Under the pieces are notes generated by a model. It did no database searches. It saw only the letters and a list, made by a program, of their open reading frames with translations, and was not told where the DNA came from. DNA of 64,000 nucleotides from Eledone cirrhosa. Lineage: Eukaryota. A program made the position numbers and the translations under genes. This document shows positions 1-13,856 of this stretch, in pieces; position 1 is the first letter of the stretch, and every line of letters starts with the position of its first letter. The stretch is from contig OZ024740.1 in the NCBI GenBank assembly GCA_964016885.1, forward strand, positions 410,626,001-410,690,000, given 5' to 3'.

Positions 1-285
1 ATCTCTCTGTTGCTTTCTTTTGTCTTTCTTATTTCTTTCTTTTTTCTTTTTTTTTCATTTCCTCCTATCTATTTTTATATATATCTTCCTTTTCTCTCTC
101 TCCTTCTTTTTTCTCTCTCCCTCTATATCTCCGTTTTTCTTTTCTCTCCGTCTTTTTTCTAACTGTGCTTAACACTACAACTAATAAAATAATTATAAAC
201 ATATCACTATCCAGGCAGCTTCCAAAAGTAATGGTCGCTTCTAATAGGGTACGTCAAAATTATTTATAAAAGTGTTTATATATTG

Positions 286-350
286 TATTTTGTCTGATGA
301 AGGCATACCATATTTTAATTTGGTATCCCCGAAATATGTATAATGAAATA
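286..350 (+). ncRNA. Minimal type I hammerhead ribozyme (PLE pLTR-type)
   Basis: TATTTTGT-CTGATGA-aggcatacca/tggtatcccc (stem II)-GAAA-TATGTA-TA-ATGAAATA. Stem I pairs with 2 G-U. Followed by an AT-rich tail and (TA)n at ~393. Confidence 0.8.
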
Positions 351-390
351 AATATGGTTTTATAAATATAGTTTCCATTTATTTAATATC

Positions 391-427
<37 letters not shown>

Positions 428-1224
428 CACTTTCCAAAGGTTTACGAAGTGATATGAATTATTTTGCCGTGAGGAAGTAAAGTTTAACGTTGCGCGCAGT
501 GCTTCGATACTGTTTAGAATATGTTTAGGTATTTACATATTTTATCTTGTTCCTATAATGTATAAGCTTTATTTGAAACAAAGCTGAAAATATTCAAGTG
601 AAAAATAGTACGGTTGGCAATATGAAGAGCAACCAACCACAAAAACACGCAGGGGCCCATTAGTAGATGTATTGTTTTATTATGCCACGTTTTTCCATCG
701 AAATCATTTGAACAGTAAACATATATAAAAATATATATGAAAAGGCAGTTTGGAATGTTATTGTTTCAGTCTTTATAAAACAAAATGATAAATGTTGAGT
801 AAGCTTGATAGACTAAATTGAAATTTTATCAAATCGGAAAGTAGAATGTTTTATTGTGTTTCCATTTATATTACCTCAGCAAATAATACAGCTATTTCGT
901 ATGTATTAGACTACGTTTATTTTATTTTGTTATTTATTTCTGTCCTTTAGTAGTTGGTAAACATTTAAAGTATCTACCAGCGTAGAATTGGTAAATACTT
1001 TCAGTATTTTGTGGGAATAGTATTAATCTATATTTATTGAGAATGATATCAATTTGAATGGAGATTGTCGTAAAAAGTTTCTGATGAGATAATCCTGCGA
1101 TAACTAAATGTACATTTCTCTGTAGAGTTCACTGTAAGACATACATACTACAAAGGTTTACAAGCTGTATACTTCATATGGATATTAAAAACAAAAGCAC
1201 CATCCACAAATATTCACACGCACA

Positions 1225-1260
<36 letters not shown>

Positions 1261-1511
1261 CACACACATATATACATATATATTTCGGTAGGGCAGTTAC
1301 AAGCGGAAAGGATAGGGCGGCCGGTATTATCGGGTTTATGTATCTTGGTGAGAAAGTAAATGGTGCGTGCATGTTGGATGCGTACTATAACATTGGTGGC
1401 AATAGGAGAGAGGAGGAGATGAGTTGGCGAATGGTAGAGGACACGAGCTGTTAGTAGCCTAGGGTGGGTGTCAGAGAGAAAAGGGCCGGTAAAATGTATA
1501 TATATATATAT

Positions 1512-1935
1512 ATAGGAAAAAGTATGACCCGACGGCAGAGCTCAAGCCGTTTCGACGGCTATTTCTGGACTATATATATATAATAAAATAAAACAAGGAC
1601 GAATAGTTACTCCTTCATTACGTTTATTGGTTGGTGACGGGCGTTTCGCCACCGATCTGCTCAAGGTTCGATCTTTATCTATCTAGCCCGACTCTGTAAT
1701 CAACGCGCATCACCAACCAATAAACGTAATGCAGTAACCACTCGTCCTTATTTTATTTTATTTTACTACACTCTGTCTAGATCTAGACATTGACACAGAA
1801 GTGAACCTAACATCGAGTGCTCACCCGGGTGAACCTACAGAAACTCCGCGTTACACTCCTTGGATATATATATATATAGTCCAGAAATAGCCGTCGAAAC
1901 GGCTTGAGCTCTGTCGTCGGGGTCATACTTTTTCC
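1512..1935. repeat. Nested inverted repeats between (TA)n tracts
   Basis: Outer arms ~1512-1570 and ~1878-1935 are near-perfect reverse complements. Inner arms ~1581-1648 and ~1703-1765 are diverged and include an HHR 3' half (GAAACGCCCGTC on minus). Confidence 0.8.
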
Positions 1936-2021
1936 TATATATATATATATATATATATATAAATTCGAGCTGATTCCATTGTAAAAGAATTCATTACCTT
2001 ATTAATTATATATATATATAT

Positions 2022-4169
2022 ATATTTATTAAAATAACAGATTAAAGTTTAAGCAAAGGATCGCTGCTTTCACCCCTAACGGGAACGGGATCTTCTGAAA
2101 CTAACAAAGTCAATCTGTGAACGCAGAAGTGAATATTTCAAAAATGTTGCAACCGGAGGAAGACAGGAAGACGATACTTTGTTCCGTCGAAACGTTCCCT
2201 GGCAAAGAACGAAAAAAAACGAATATAATACGTCATTATTTGGAGCGGTGAAAAACAATTACACGCAAAGACAAAATCACGTTGTATCAGATGAAATAAT
2301 GGTATTTAACTAATGTATTGGTACGCGATGGGGCCCACCCACAGCCCCGGCGGACAGAATGGAGAAGGCGTTTCCCCGGAGGACGGCAAGGGAGACGCGC
2401 TGGAAAAGCCACTCCAACTCGCGGGGCTCACACCTGCGGCTCGCCAGCTCAGCGCCTATGGTGGTGAGTAAGGAGGTATAAAAGAAGTCGTCGACTAATA
2501 TTCTATTAGGTGGTTCATAGAGACGTTCTCTGGCAATGAACGGAAAAAACGAAGATAATACGTCATATGTGGAGCCTAGAGAACAATTGCACGCAAAGAC
2601 ATAACCACATAAATGGTATAACTGAAGTCGTAGACTAATATTCTAACTAGGAAACCGAATGATTCTCGGCTTCAGAGTTAAGAATAAAGTAAATAAAATA
2701 CAGAGGTAATTGAAATTAAATAAATAGATACACAAGCATACGCGAAAAATCCTGCCATAGGTATACAAATACAAGCACATATAAATATGTGTGTGTGTGT
2801 GCGCGTGTATACAAATAATTAAATAAACTTATGTAAATAAATACGTATATAACAAGCGCACACACATACCTACATGTAAATACACATATGTTGGGAGACG
2901 TACGTCAACCAAAACACGAAGAGCACATATACACACACCCTACATACGTACGAACCCGCATAATCACACAGACGCAAAACTTACACTTACAGATAACCAA
3001 AAGCATATGTACCAGAATATATAAAATATACGCCATAACATATACAATAAAATATACGTACGAGAAAGTATACGTACTTTCACAAAACATGCAGGTAATA
3101 TATACTTACCTATACAAATAAGTAATGGTAAAAAAAAACATATACTTAGCTACCACATCAAGACGTAAAATATCCGCGTATAGTTGGTACTATCCGTTGG
3201 GGTATAATGTGGGGCTGTATTACAGGAAAGTTTTGTGCAATTTATGTTTACAAGCCAAAATTGTCTCAGATTTTTTGTTTAAGTGTGGTCTATGGCGTAG
3301 AATATTTCCAGGGCCTCAGCGGTGCAGAGGTCCAATGGTCTTTTATTTCCGTTATACAATCTAGCCCTAGCTAGGATCTCGCAGTGTAACTTATATTGGG
3401 TGTGGTTGTCTTTTAGACTCCAGATATAATCTGAAAGTGACGTCATAATCCTTCTTAGAGGGTAACGAAAAGAATGGGTATGCATGTAAAGACGCTGCTT
3501 GAATCTATTGGCGGTTAACCCTATGTAGGCCCTACGGGACGTTTGTGTTTCAACCTTACATTTGTAGACAATGTTACTAGAGTGGCATTTCCCGGATAGG
3601 GGGCAGTCAACCCGATTCTTACAATTACAGTTAGTACTAACTACAGGGTTGCACGTGTTCCTACGGATAGTTAGTTTAGCGAAATTTGAAGCTTTGATGT
3701 TATGTGCAAGGTTAGGAATCGTAGAGTAAGAAATTTTAATAGTATTTCTATTAAAAATGTTACTATATTTATGTGTAGGGGGAAAATGCTTCGTAATAAG
3801 GGAGAGAAAGATCTTAGCTAATGGTGTGGCCACCTCCATATTATACAGTGGGTTATACCATATAATGCGTCGGGATCTATTTCTTCTAGGTCTATTGTAT
3901 ATGCTACCTTATCGACAAATCCACTCCGAGCAAGAGCTTCATTGTAATATGTGCTTCATTGTAATATGTGCTTCATTGTAATATGTGGTCATTGAAGATA
4001 TGCTCGTTAGTAGATAGACGCGAAAGCCTCAAAGAAACGTCTCTTACCAGGTTCTTAGTTATGCTGGCAGGATGGTTAATACATTTTTGCTCTACGGTTC
4101 TTATATATTTGATATATATTTATCCTTATCGAGCCCTCTTTGGATTTTAGTCTTCAAATTTATTATCAT

Positions 4170-4172
<3 letters not shown>
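2022..4172 (-). mobile_element. 5'-truncated Penelope-like element, family A (RT thumb remnant, GIY-YIG, long 3' UTR/pLTR) with inverted terminal fragment at 4078-4172
   Basis: ORF 3279-3839 has CNCKNRVDCPLSGKC..NIVYKC..YIGLT..FKQR..H..SF. Upstream minus frame reads NHPASITKNL..RLSRLS. The UTR matches copies at 11121-12683 and 13431-13718. (TA)n on both sides. Confidence 0.88.
3279..3839 (-). pseudogene. GIY-YIG endonuclease domain of a PLE
   Basis: IVY...YIG motif, FKQR..H, preceding Cys-rich linker. The C-terminus is frameshifted. Confidence 0.88.
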
Positions 4173-4237
<65 letters not shown>

Positions 4238-4323
4238 TTATATACATATATGTATATATATAAACCCCCCCCCCACACACACACACACATAGTGGTGTAT
4301 ACATTTATGTGCATGTGAGAGGG

Positions 4324-4524
<201 letters not shown>

Positions 4525-4682
4525 AATGAGATCTGAAGAAAAGGAGGGAAAAGAGTCTATGACGATAAAAAAATTAAGAATAGCTTTTCTAAAGAATATA
4601 TAAATTATCCCAAAATACTTGTAGAAATATAATATATATAGCCTGAAGGTTTAGATTTAATAGGTACACATGCACATATCTT

Positions 4683-4743
<61 letters not shown>

Positions 4744-4762
4744 ATATATATATATATGTGAG

Positions 4763-4871
<109 letters not shown>

Positions 4872-4979
4872 GCAAAAGTTTTATTTAAAATTGTTGGGTT
4901 ACAACAAGTAAATATTTTATAACCGATATAAAGCACTCGACAAGTTTTTGGAGTAGATATACGATATTAAACAAATGGA

Positions 4980-5014
<35 letters not shown>

Positions 5015-5280
5015 AACGTGCCGACGCAGACACATACATATACGCACACATGAATTGCACACTGATGGGCACATATATATTTGTACACAAGTATACCAAT
5101 ACTTGCAGTACGTACAATCTGGACACTCACACACACCTTGGTGTTATGACAATACTATACATCATTTCACACCTCTTATTATTAAGGTTTTTGATGTTCT
5201 ATTGAGAGAATTGTGTTTACTGAAAATATCGAATAATGTACACCATTTTTACCAGTATCACACAAAAATACTGGTCCACC

Positions 5281-5386
<106 letters not shown>

Positions 5387-5459
5387 CACACACACATACA
5401 CATGCGCACACTAACATACAAAGAGACATACACACACACACACACACACACACTTCTCC

Positions 5460-6120
5460 GTATAAGACAAGAGCTGAACATTTCTTTTAACATGTTAAAA
5501 TATGCCCCACACACGTACAGACACATTCCTACTGACCGATCCCTCTACCACGAATTACTCTGCTACACACGCACACACACACACACTTGTCTTAATAGGC
5601 ACCTGAACTGTTGACCTGACAACATGACTGCAATTCACACACACATCCCTACTGACCATTATCACAACAATGAACCTCTTTACTACTACTACTACTACAC
5701 ACACACACACACATATGTGTCTTAAAAGACTTATTTTTCAGTGACTTCTCAGTCAGCCGAGACAAACCTACATTTGACGCAAAATCAATTTTTAACATTC
5801 ACATGACCTCTACCGACCAATCACAATTGTTTTGACCACAAGAATTTTTGCAACACGAATTGGCGCGAAACTTATTTTAATACATCTGGAGCCACTTTTT
5901 TCACATAAAACAGGTAGAATTTCCCAAACTAATCAAATTAGAGCAAACATCACGGGCGCTGTATCTCAAAATTATTATTGAAAAGCATTAGAAATGCGCA
6001 ATCGGTAAAAACTTAAAACCATAACTGAATACTAACCAATACTTATTAATAATTTTTACTTATTCCCAATTAAACTATTTTTCACTGGCAACAATTTGTC
6101 AGCATTTTCTTTTCCTTTTA

Positions 6121-6170
<50 letters not shown>

Positions 6171-6655
6171 TAAACGGAATAGAAAATGCTGACACATTGT
6201 TCAAAGTTGAAAAATGGTTTAATTAGGAATAAAAGAGTATTAGTGATTGTATGGGTTAGTATTCAGTTGTGGTTTTAAGTTTTTAAGTTTTTACCGGTTG
6301 CGCATTTCTAAATGCTTTTCAAAAATAATTTTGAGATAGAGTGTCCGTGCTGTTTGCTCTGATCTGATTAGTTTTGGGAATTCTACCTGTTTTTATGTTA
6401 AAAAAGTGGCTCCAGCGTTATTTTTGTGTTGCAAAAATGCTTGTGGTCAAAACAATTTTGATTGGTCGGTAGAGGTCATGTGAATGTAAAAAGTTGATTT
6501 TGCGCCAAGACTGTTTTTATGTTAAAAAAGTGGCTCCAGCAAAAATTCTTGGTCAAAACAATTTTGATTGGTCGGTGGAGGTCATGTGGATAAAAAATTG
6601 GTTTTGCGCCAAGATTGAGAAATGACTCTTTCACAACAAATATGTGTGTGTGTGT

Positions 6656-6716
<61 letters not shown>

Positions 6717-6804
6717 TGTGTGTGTGTGTGTGTAGTAGTAGTAGTAAGGTGTTCGATGCTGCGACAATGGCCAGCAGCGATGTGTGTCAAATGGCTATTA
6801 AGAT

Positions 6805-6859
<55 letters not shown>

Positions 6860-6925
6860 GCAGAGTAATTCGATGGTCAGTAAGAATGTGTCTGAAAGCA
6901 ATGGGGGGTATTTTAGCATGTCTTA
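5460..6925. repeat. Two diverged copies of an unclassified ~0.7 kb repeat in inverted orientation abutting a central (TA)n
   Basis: Arms ~5460-6123 and ~6168-6925 align as reverse complements, e.g. cagcattttc..ttttacca / tggtaaac..gaaaatgctg. A related sequence lies at ~9950-10280. Confidence 0.8.
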
Positions 6926-6991
6926 TTTTAATACATTTTAATACACACAAGTTATTATATATATATAATAACTTGTGTGTTACACCTCTAT

Positions 6992-7059
<68 letters not shown>

Positions 7060-7384
7060 CTGTGTGTGTGTGAGTATGTATTTATGTAAATAAGACAGTT
7101 ATAGCTCCAATCAGTACACAAAATACAAAACACTTAGCAAACACCCTAATCTGAACATCAAGCTGCACTCATGACTCCTGCTAAACCCACCTTAGAGCAT
7201 ATATAGCTTCACATCATATCTAGTTAAATCCCTTGGAAACAAGATTTACAAATATCTAAATATAAGTAAACTAAGCAACAATATATCTAAACACACACAT
7301 ACACACAAACATATATATACATATATATATATGCAATTCATATATATATATACATATATGGTATATATATATATATACAAACAC

Positions 7385-7426
<42 letters not shown>

Positions 7427-7468
7427 AACACACATATAATATATATATATATATATATATACAAACAC

Positions 7469-8232
<764 letters not shown>

Positions 8233-8714
8233 ATATGTGTGTGTGTTTGTGTGTATATATATAGTTGAAAATAGAATTAGAAGCTTTCACCGTATATTGC
8301 CTACAGACAATAATCTAATATTGGGGCTTATGAACTCCCATAACAGAACAAAGTGGACATTATATATATATATATATACCAATGTACTTATTTGTCACCT
8401 GTCTACCCTTCATAACAATTGTATCTTGATCGTTAGCCACGTGATGATTTTCACCCTTTTTGAATTCGTTACTAACGGAGACCACTTTCGAAATATCGGT
8501 CTAACAGAGGAAGTCTCTTGATAAGCTCGAAACCTCATGGATAATTTAACAATTAGACATTTCTATAAAGTACGAGCGAAGTTGTCGACAGTCAGGACTA
8601 GAGGAATTTTTGGTAACATTCATCTATTTGTTCTTCAAACTTACATTTTAACCTACGGAGTGATTCCATTTATATATGTGTGTTTATATATATATATATA
8701 TATATATATTTATA

Positions 8715-9328
8715 GTGGTGGAACACTGGATCCAACCGACCAAACGAACCACAGGAGGTCAAATCCTATGTGGAAATGACGGAGGGCTGATTTAAGCAAC
8801 GTTTCCTGAACCACAAGTCTACCTTCAGGTACCCGGACAGACGTTCATCCACGAAACTCGCGAGCCACGTATGGTCCCTCAAGGACTCAAGTATAGACTA
8901 CCCCATCCAATGGAAAGCCATCACTAAGTCCAAGCCATACGCAAGGGGAAATCCGACGTGTGGCTTATGTATTGATGAACGAATAACTATTCTAAAGAGA
9001 TTACGCAATAGTGATTGCCTAAACACGAGAAATGAATTTTTCACACGGTGTCCAGACGTCGCCAAACACCTATTGAATAACTACAAGGCTCCGGACTGAC
9101 TCCTTGTAATTTTATTTTCAACTAAAAATTTTCGGACTTTCGCAGTTATCTCCCTTACACCTCTCGCACGCATTCTAGTATTGCCTGTGTGAGGTGATCG
9201 GGTTTCTGCGCATGCGCGTTCGTACGGTTGTCCTTCCTGTTCCTATAACCATGCCCATTACGAGCTGAGGATCCGCTAAGGTGAAACAATTGTTCTCGGT
9301 ATGGTGAACTAACTGTTGTGTAACCACT
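8715..9328 (+). mobile_element. 5'-truncated PLE (GIY-YIG 3' half, UTR, HHR)
   Basis: ~8755-9099 translates EVKSYVEMTEG*FKQRFLNHKSTFRY..KLASHVWSLK..WK..CGLC..E..LNTRNEFFTRC, with one in-frame stop. (TA)n on both flanks. Confidence 0.85.
9261..9298 (+). ncRNA. Minimal type I hammerhead ribozyme
   Basis: CGAG-CTGAGGA-tccgctaaggt-GAAA-CAATTG-TT-CTCG. Palindromic stem III, downstream of the PLE ORF. Confidence 0.75.
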
Positions 9329-9380
<52 letters not shown>

Positions 9381-9502
9381 GTGTGTGTGTGTGTTTGAAT
9401 TTCTTTTTACTTAAAAATCAAATTACGTTTATTAAAAAAAAGCCTTCGTGAGCCCCCCTTTTTTTAAGTAAAAAGAAATTCAAACACACACACACACAAC
9501 AC

Positions 9503-9571
<69 letters not shown>

Positions 9572-10275
9572 ACATACACACACACACACACACACAAGCA
9601 CACAAATAAACATACACATCTTTACTTTCTTCAATAGAAAATCTGAATTCTGACACCCCAGCGAACTAACCATATTCACTGAACCAGAACAATTCTCCCA
9701 TCCATTATCTTTTACTTGTCATAAAATTCTCTAAAAAGGCTACAGAATAGATTTCCAAATAAGGGCGCGAAAATTTAATGAAAACTTGTTCACGTGACAG
9801 CCATAATTTCATTTATAACCAATCCAATTACGTTTATTAAAAAAAAGCCTTTGTGAGCCCCTTTTTTTAAGTAAAAAGAAATTCAAACACTCATATATGA
9901 AAAAAACAACCTGTGACACCCCCCCCCCCTCCGTGTTTGAAGAACTTTGTAACGCGAATTGGCGCGAAATTTATTATAATTATTGACCAACCAATCAAAT
10001 TACTTCTCGAAAAACCTGGCATTTCGAGCCACTTTTTCCATATAAAACAAGTAACATTCAGAGACCAACCAGATGTGAGAAAAACTACAGACCCTCCATC
10101 TCAACTCTACTTTTGAAAAGCAGAAGAACTGCGAAACCGGTAAAGGAACCAAATAAATATATATATATTTTTAAAAATAAGACTCCAGTTGCATTTTCGA
10201 TTTCATCCTTTTTTCTTTATACTTTCACTCGTGTTGGACACCTCGGTTATTTTCCATTTGTTAAAAAATCCTCAC

Positions 10276-10429
<154 letters not shown>

Positions 10430-10593
10430 TGCGCTCGTTGACTTACTTTCACTTATGAACATTAAAAAAAAATCATATTTACTTAAACATTTTTAAATAA
10501 TTAAAATATACGCAGACATTTATATAATGTAAAATGAAATTAAAAGGCCCATGTATAAATGTGTATGTGTTTATACATATATATATGTGTGTG

Positions 10594-10631
<38 letters not shown>

Positions 10632-10640
10632 CACACATAA

Positions 10641-10671
<31 letters not shown>

Positions 10672-10877
10672 CACACATATTTATACATACTTAGGAACCC
10701 TTCCTATTTAACAGGAAATATTCGCTATACACATCCTGTTCTAACACAAATTATATGATACATATGACCTAATATTCAGCCAACAAATTGGAGCTAGATA
10801 CAGTAATGCTGTATTCGATTATTTGATGTCTCTCTGTCTCTTCCATTTTCCTTCTCTGTCTCCTTCTCTCTCTCTTT

Positions 10878-10913
<36 letters not shown>

Positions 10914-11069
10914 CCCCCCTCTCTCTCTCTCTATGTCTCTCTTTCAATCTACTCTTTCACAACCACTATCTCTTTCTCACTATCTTTCTCTCTCTCTATT
11001 TATGAAGGTAACCGGTAAAACCCGTATCTCGGTAACCCTTGCTCTTGTGTTGGCATGTTAACAGAACTT

Positions 11070-11106
11070 CAGACACTAATGTTTCTGGGTATCACCCTTC
11101 ATCAGT
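11070..11106 (-). ncRNA. Truncated hammerhead motif
   Basis: Minus strand CTGATGA-agggt gat accca-GAAA-cattagtgtc. The 5' strand of stem I is replaced by (TA)n. Confidence 0.5.
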
Positions 11107-11120
11107 ATATATATATATAT

Positions 11121-12683
11121 ATAATAAATTTGAAGACTAAAATCCAAAGAGGGCTCGATAAGGATAAATATATATCAAATATATAAGAACCGTAGAGCAA
11201 ATATTTATTAAAATAACAGATTAAAGTTTAAGCAAAGAATCGCTGCGTTCACCCTTAATGGGACCTTCTGAAACTAACAAAGTCAATCTGTGAACGCAGA
11301 AGTGAATATTTTAAAAAATGTTGCAACCGGAGGAGGACAGGAAGACGATACATTGGTTCGTGGAAACGTTGCCTGTCAAAGAACGGGAAAAAACGATAAT
11401 ACGTCATTATTTGGATCGGTGAAAATCAATTACACGCAAAGACAAAACCATGTTAATGGTATAAAAGAAGTCGTAGACTAATATTCTATTAGGTGCTTCA
11501 TAGAGACGTTCTCTGGCAATGAACGAAGATAATACATCATATGTGGAGCGGGGAGAACAATTTCACGCAAAGACAAAACCACGTAAATGGTATAACTGAA
11601 GTTGTAGACTAAAATTCTAACTAGGAAACCGAATGATTCTCGGCTTCAGAGTTAAGAATAAAGTAAAAAAATACAGAGGTAATTGAAATTAAATAAATAC
11701 TTACATGCATACACAGACACGAGCATACGCGAAAACGTTCGCCATAGGTATACAAATACACGCACGTACACAAAAAAACAAAAAAATAAAAAAACAAAAA
11801 AAACCCCCGCACGCACATACATAACCCACGCAACGCCTGTACCCGCTCGCATACGAATGTATACACCAAATACACATAAAAATATATATATAAAAAAAGA
11901 ATATATATGTGTGTGTGTGTGCGTGTATACATATAATTAAATAAACGTATATAAATAAATAAATACGTATATAACAAGCGCACACACATACCTACATGTA
12001 AATACACATATGTTCGGAGACGACGTCAACCAAAACACAAAGTAGACATATACACACACCCTACATACGTACGAAGCCGCATACTCACATAGACGCAAAA
12101 CTCACGTATACACATAACCAAAAGCATATGTACCAGTATATATAATATATACGCCATAACATATACAATCAAATATACGTACGAGAACGTATACGTACTT
12201 TCACAAAATATACAGGTAATATATACTTACCTATACAAATAAGTAATGGTATAAAATAACATATACTTAGCTACCACATCGAGACGTATAATATCCGCGT
12301 ATAGTTGGTACTATCCGTTAGGGTATAATATGGGGCTGTAATACAGGAAAGTTTTGTGCAATTTATGTTTACAAGCCGAAATTGCCTCAGATTATTTGTT
12401 TAAGATTTGTTAAAGGGCGGTGGATTGGCAGTATCGGTAGAGGCTCGGACGCCATACTTTGACGCATAGAGTTACGGCCCTTGCCATTCTGAGTTCAAAT
12501 CCTGCCGAGGTTAACTTTGCCTTTCATCCTTACGGGGTCGATAAAATAAAGTACCAGTAATACACTGGGTAATTGCTGGCCTTGTGCCAAAAGTAGAAAC
12601 AATTATTTGTTTAAGATGTGGTCTTTGGCGTAGAGTATTTCCATGGCCTCAGCGGCGCAGAGGTCACATGGTCTTTTATTTTT
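11121..12683 (-). mobile_element. PLE family A 3' UTR/pLTR copy with contiguous 3' terminus, interrupted by a SINE
   Basis: Colinear with 2022-3350 and additionally carries the terminal ~80 nt (11121-11200). Confidence 0.85.
12407..12601 (+). mobile_element. tRNA-derived SINE with 16-bp TSD
   Basis: A box TGGCAGTATCGG and B box GTTCAAATCC. TSD ATTATTTGTTTAAGAT at 12391-12406 and 12602-12617. The empty site is visible in the paralog at ~3270. Confidence 0.9.
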
Positions 12684-13412
12684 TGGTGTTTGCATAGCTA
12701 CGGCTTCCTAAAACCGTATTTCTTTGGATATAGGAAATATTTATACATATTGTATAAAGCTATGCTTGAAGCGAAATCCTATTTCTTTTTTATTATAAGT
12801 TGAGCCAACTTATGCAGCTTCATATGCAAATGAGATTATATATATAAAAGAAATAGTATTTCGCTTCAAGCATAGCTTTATACAATATGTATAAATATTT
12901 CGTATATCCAAAGAAATACGGTTTTAGGAAGCCGTAGCTATGCAAACACCGGGGGGCTAACGCCCTCTGGTGATGTCCAGCAGAAGCAAGGGGGACAACC
13001 GTCTATGCATTTTGGCCTTCGTCAGGACGGTCCCTCCCACCACTTGCGACTGCTGGACTAGAAGACAGGCGAGAATATATACTTTTCTCGTCTGTGTAAA
13101 TGAAGTGATTAATCTCATTTGCATATGAAGTTGCATAAGTTGGCTCAACTTATAATGAGATTAAATGAGATTAATCACCTCATTTACACAGACGAGAAAA
13201 GTATATATTCTCGCCTGTATTCTAGTCCAGCAGTCGCAAGCGGCGGGAGGGAGCGTCCTGGCAAAGGCCAGTTAAGCCTGAAATGCATAGACGGTTGTCC
13301 CCCTTGCTTCTGCTGGACATTACCTGAGGACGTTAGCTCCCCCCCCCCCCGGTGTTTGCATAGCTACGCCTTCCTAAAACCGTATTTCTTTGGATATACG
13401 AAATATTTATAC
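12684..13412. repeat. Multiply inverted PLE-type terminus (family C) with two complementary decayed HHRs
   Basis: 12684-12792 mirrors 12846-12950, and ~12885-13118 mirrors ~13165-13412. HHRs at 12999-13030 (-) and 13254-13293 (+). Confidence 0.82.
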
Positions 13413-13430
13413 ATATATATATATATATAT

Positions 13431-13800
13431 ATATTTATTAAAATAACAGATTAAAGTTTAAGCAAAGAATCGCTGCTTTCACCCTTAACAGGATCTTCTG
13501 AAACTAACAAAGTCAATCTGTGAACGCTGAAGTGAATATTTCAAAAAACGTTGCAACCGGAGGAAGACAGGAAGACGATACTTTGGTTCGTGGAAACACT
13601 CCCTGGCAAAGAACGGGAAAAAACGAATATAATACGTCATTCATTTGGGCGGTGAAAAACAATTACGCGCAAAGACAGAACCACGTTAATGGTATAAAAG
13701 AAGTCGTAGACTAATATTCAAATAAATATTTGCTCTACGGTTCTTATATATTTGATATATATTTATCCTTATGGATTTTAGTCTTCAAATTTATTATTAT

Positions 13801-13803
<3 letters not shown>
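13431..13803 (-). mobile_element. Short PLE family A copy with inverted terminal fragment (13721-13803)
   Basis: 13431-13718 matches 11201-11486. 13721-13803 is the reverse complement of 11121-11209 with a small deletion. (TA)n on both sides. Confidence 0.85.

Positions 13804-13856
<53 letters not shown>

Noticed and set aside
8788-8790. In-frame TGA in a GIY-YIG as possible selenocysteine (Naiad PLEs encode selenoproteins)
   Set aside because: The position aligns to R/T, not Cys, in paralogs (TANRFKQR, TSNTFKKR), so it is likely CGA>TGA decay. The EN is C-terminal here and no convincing SECIS was seen.
12412-12510. tRNA gene
   Set aside because: A and B boxes are present but there is no cloverleaf. 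It is multi-copy with a shared 3' body and a TSD, so it is a SINE.
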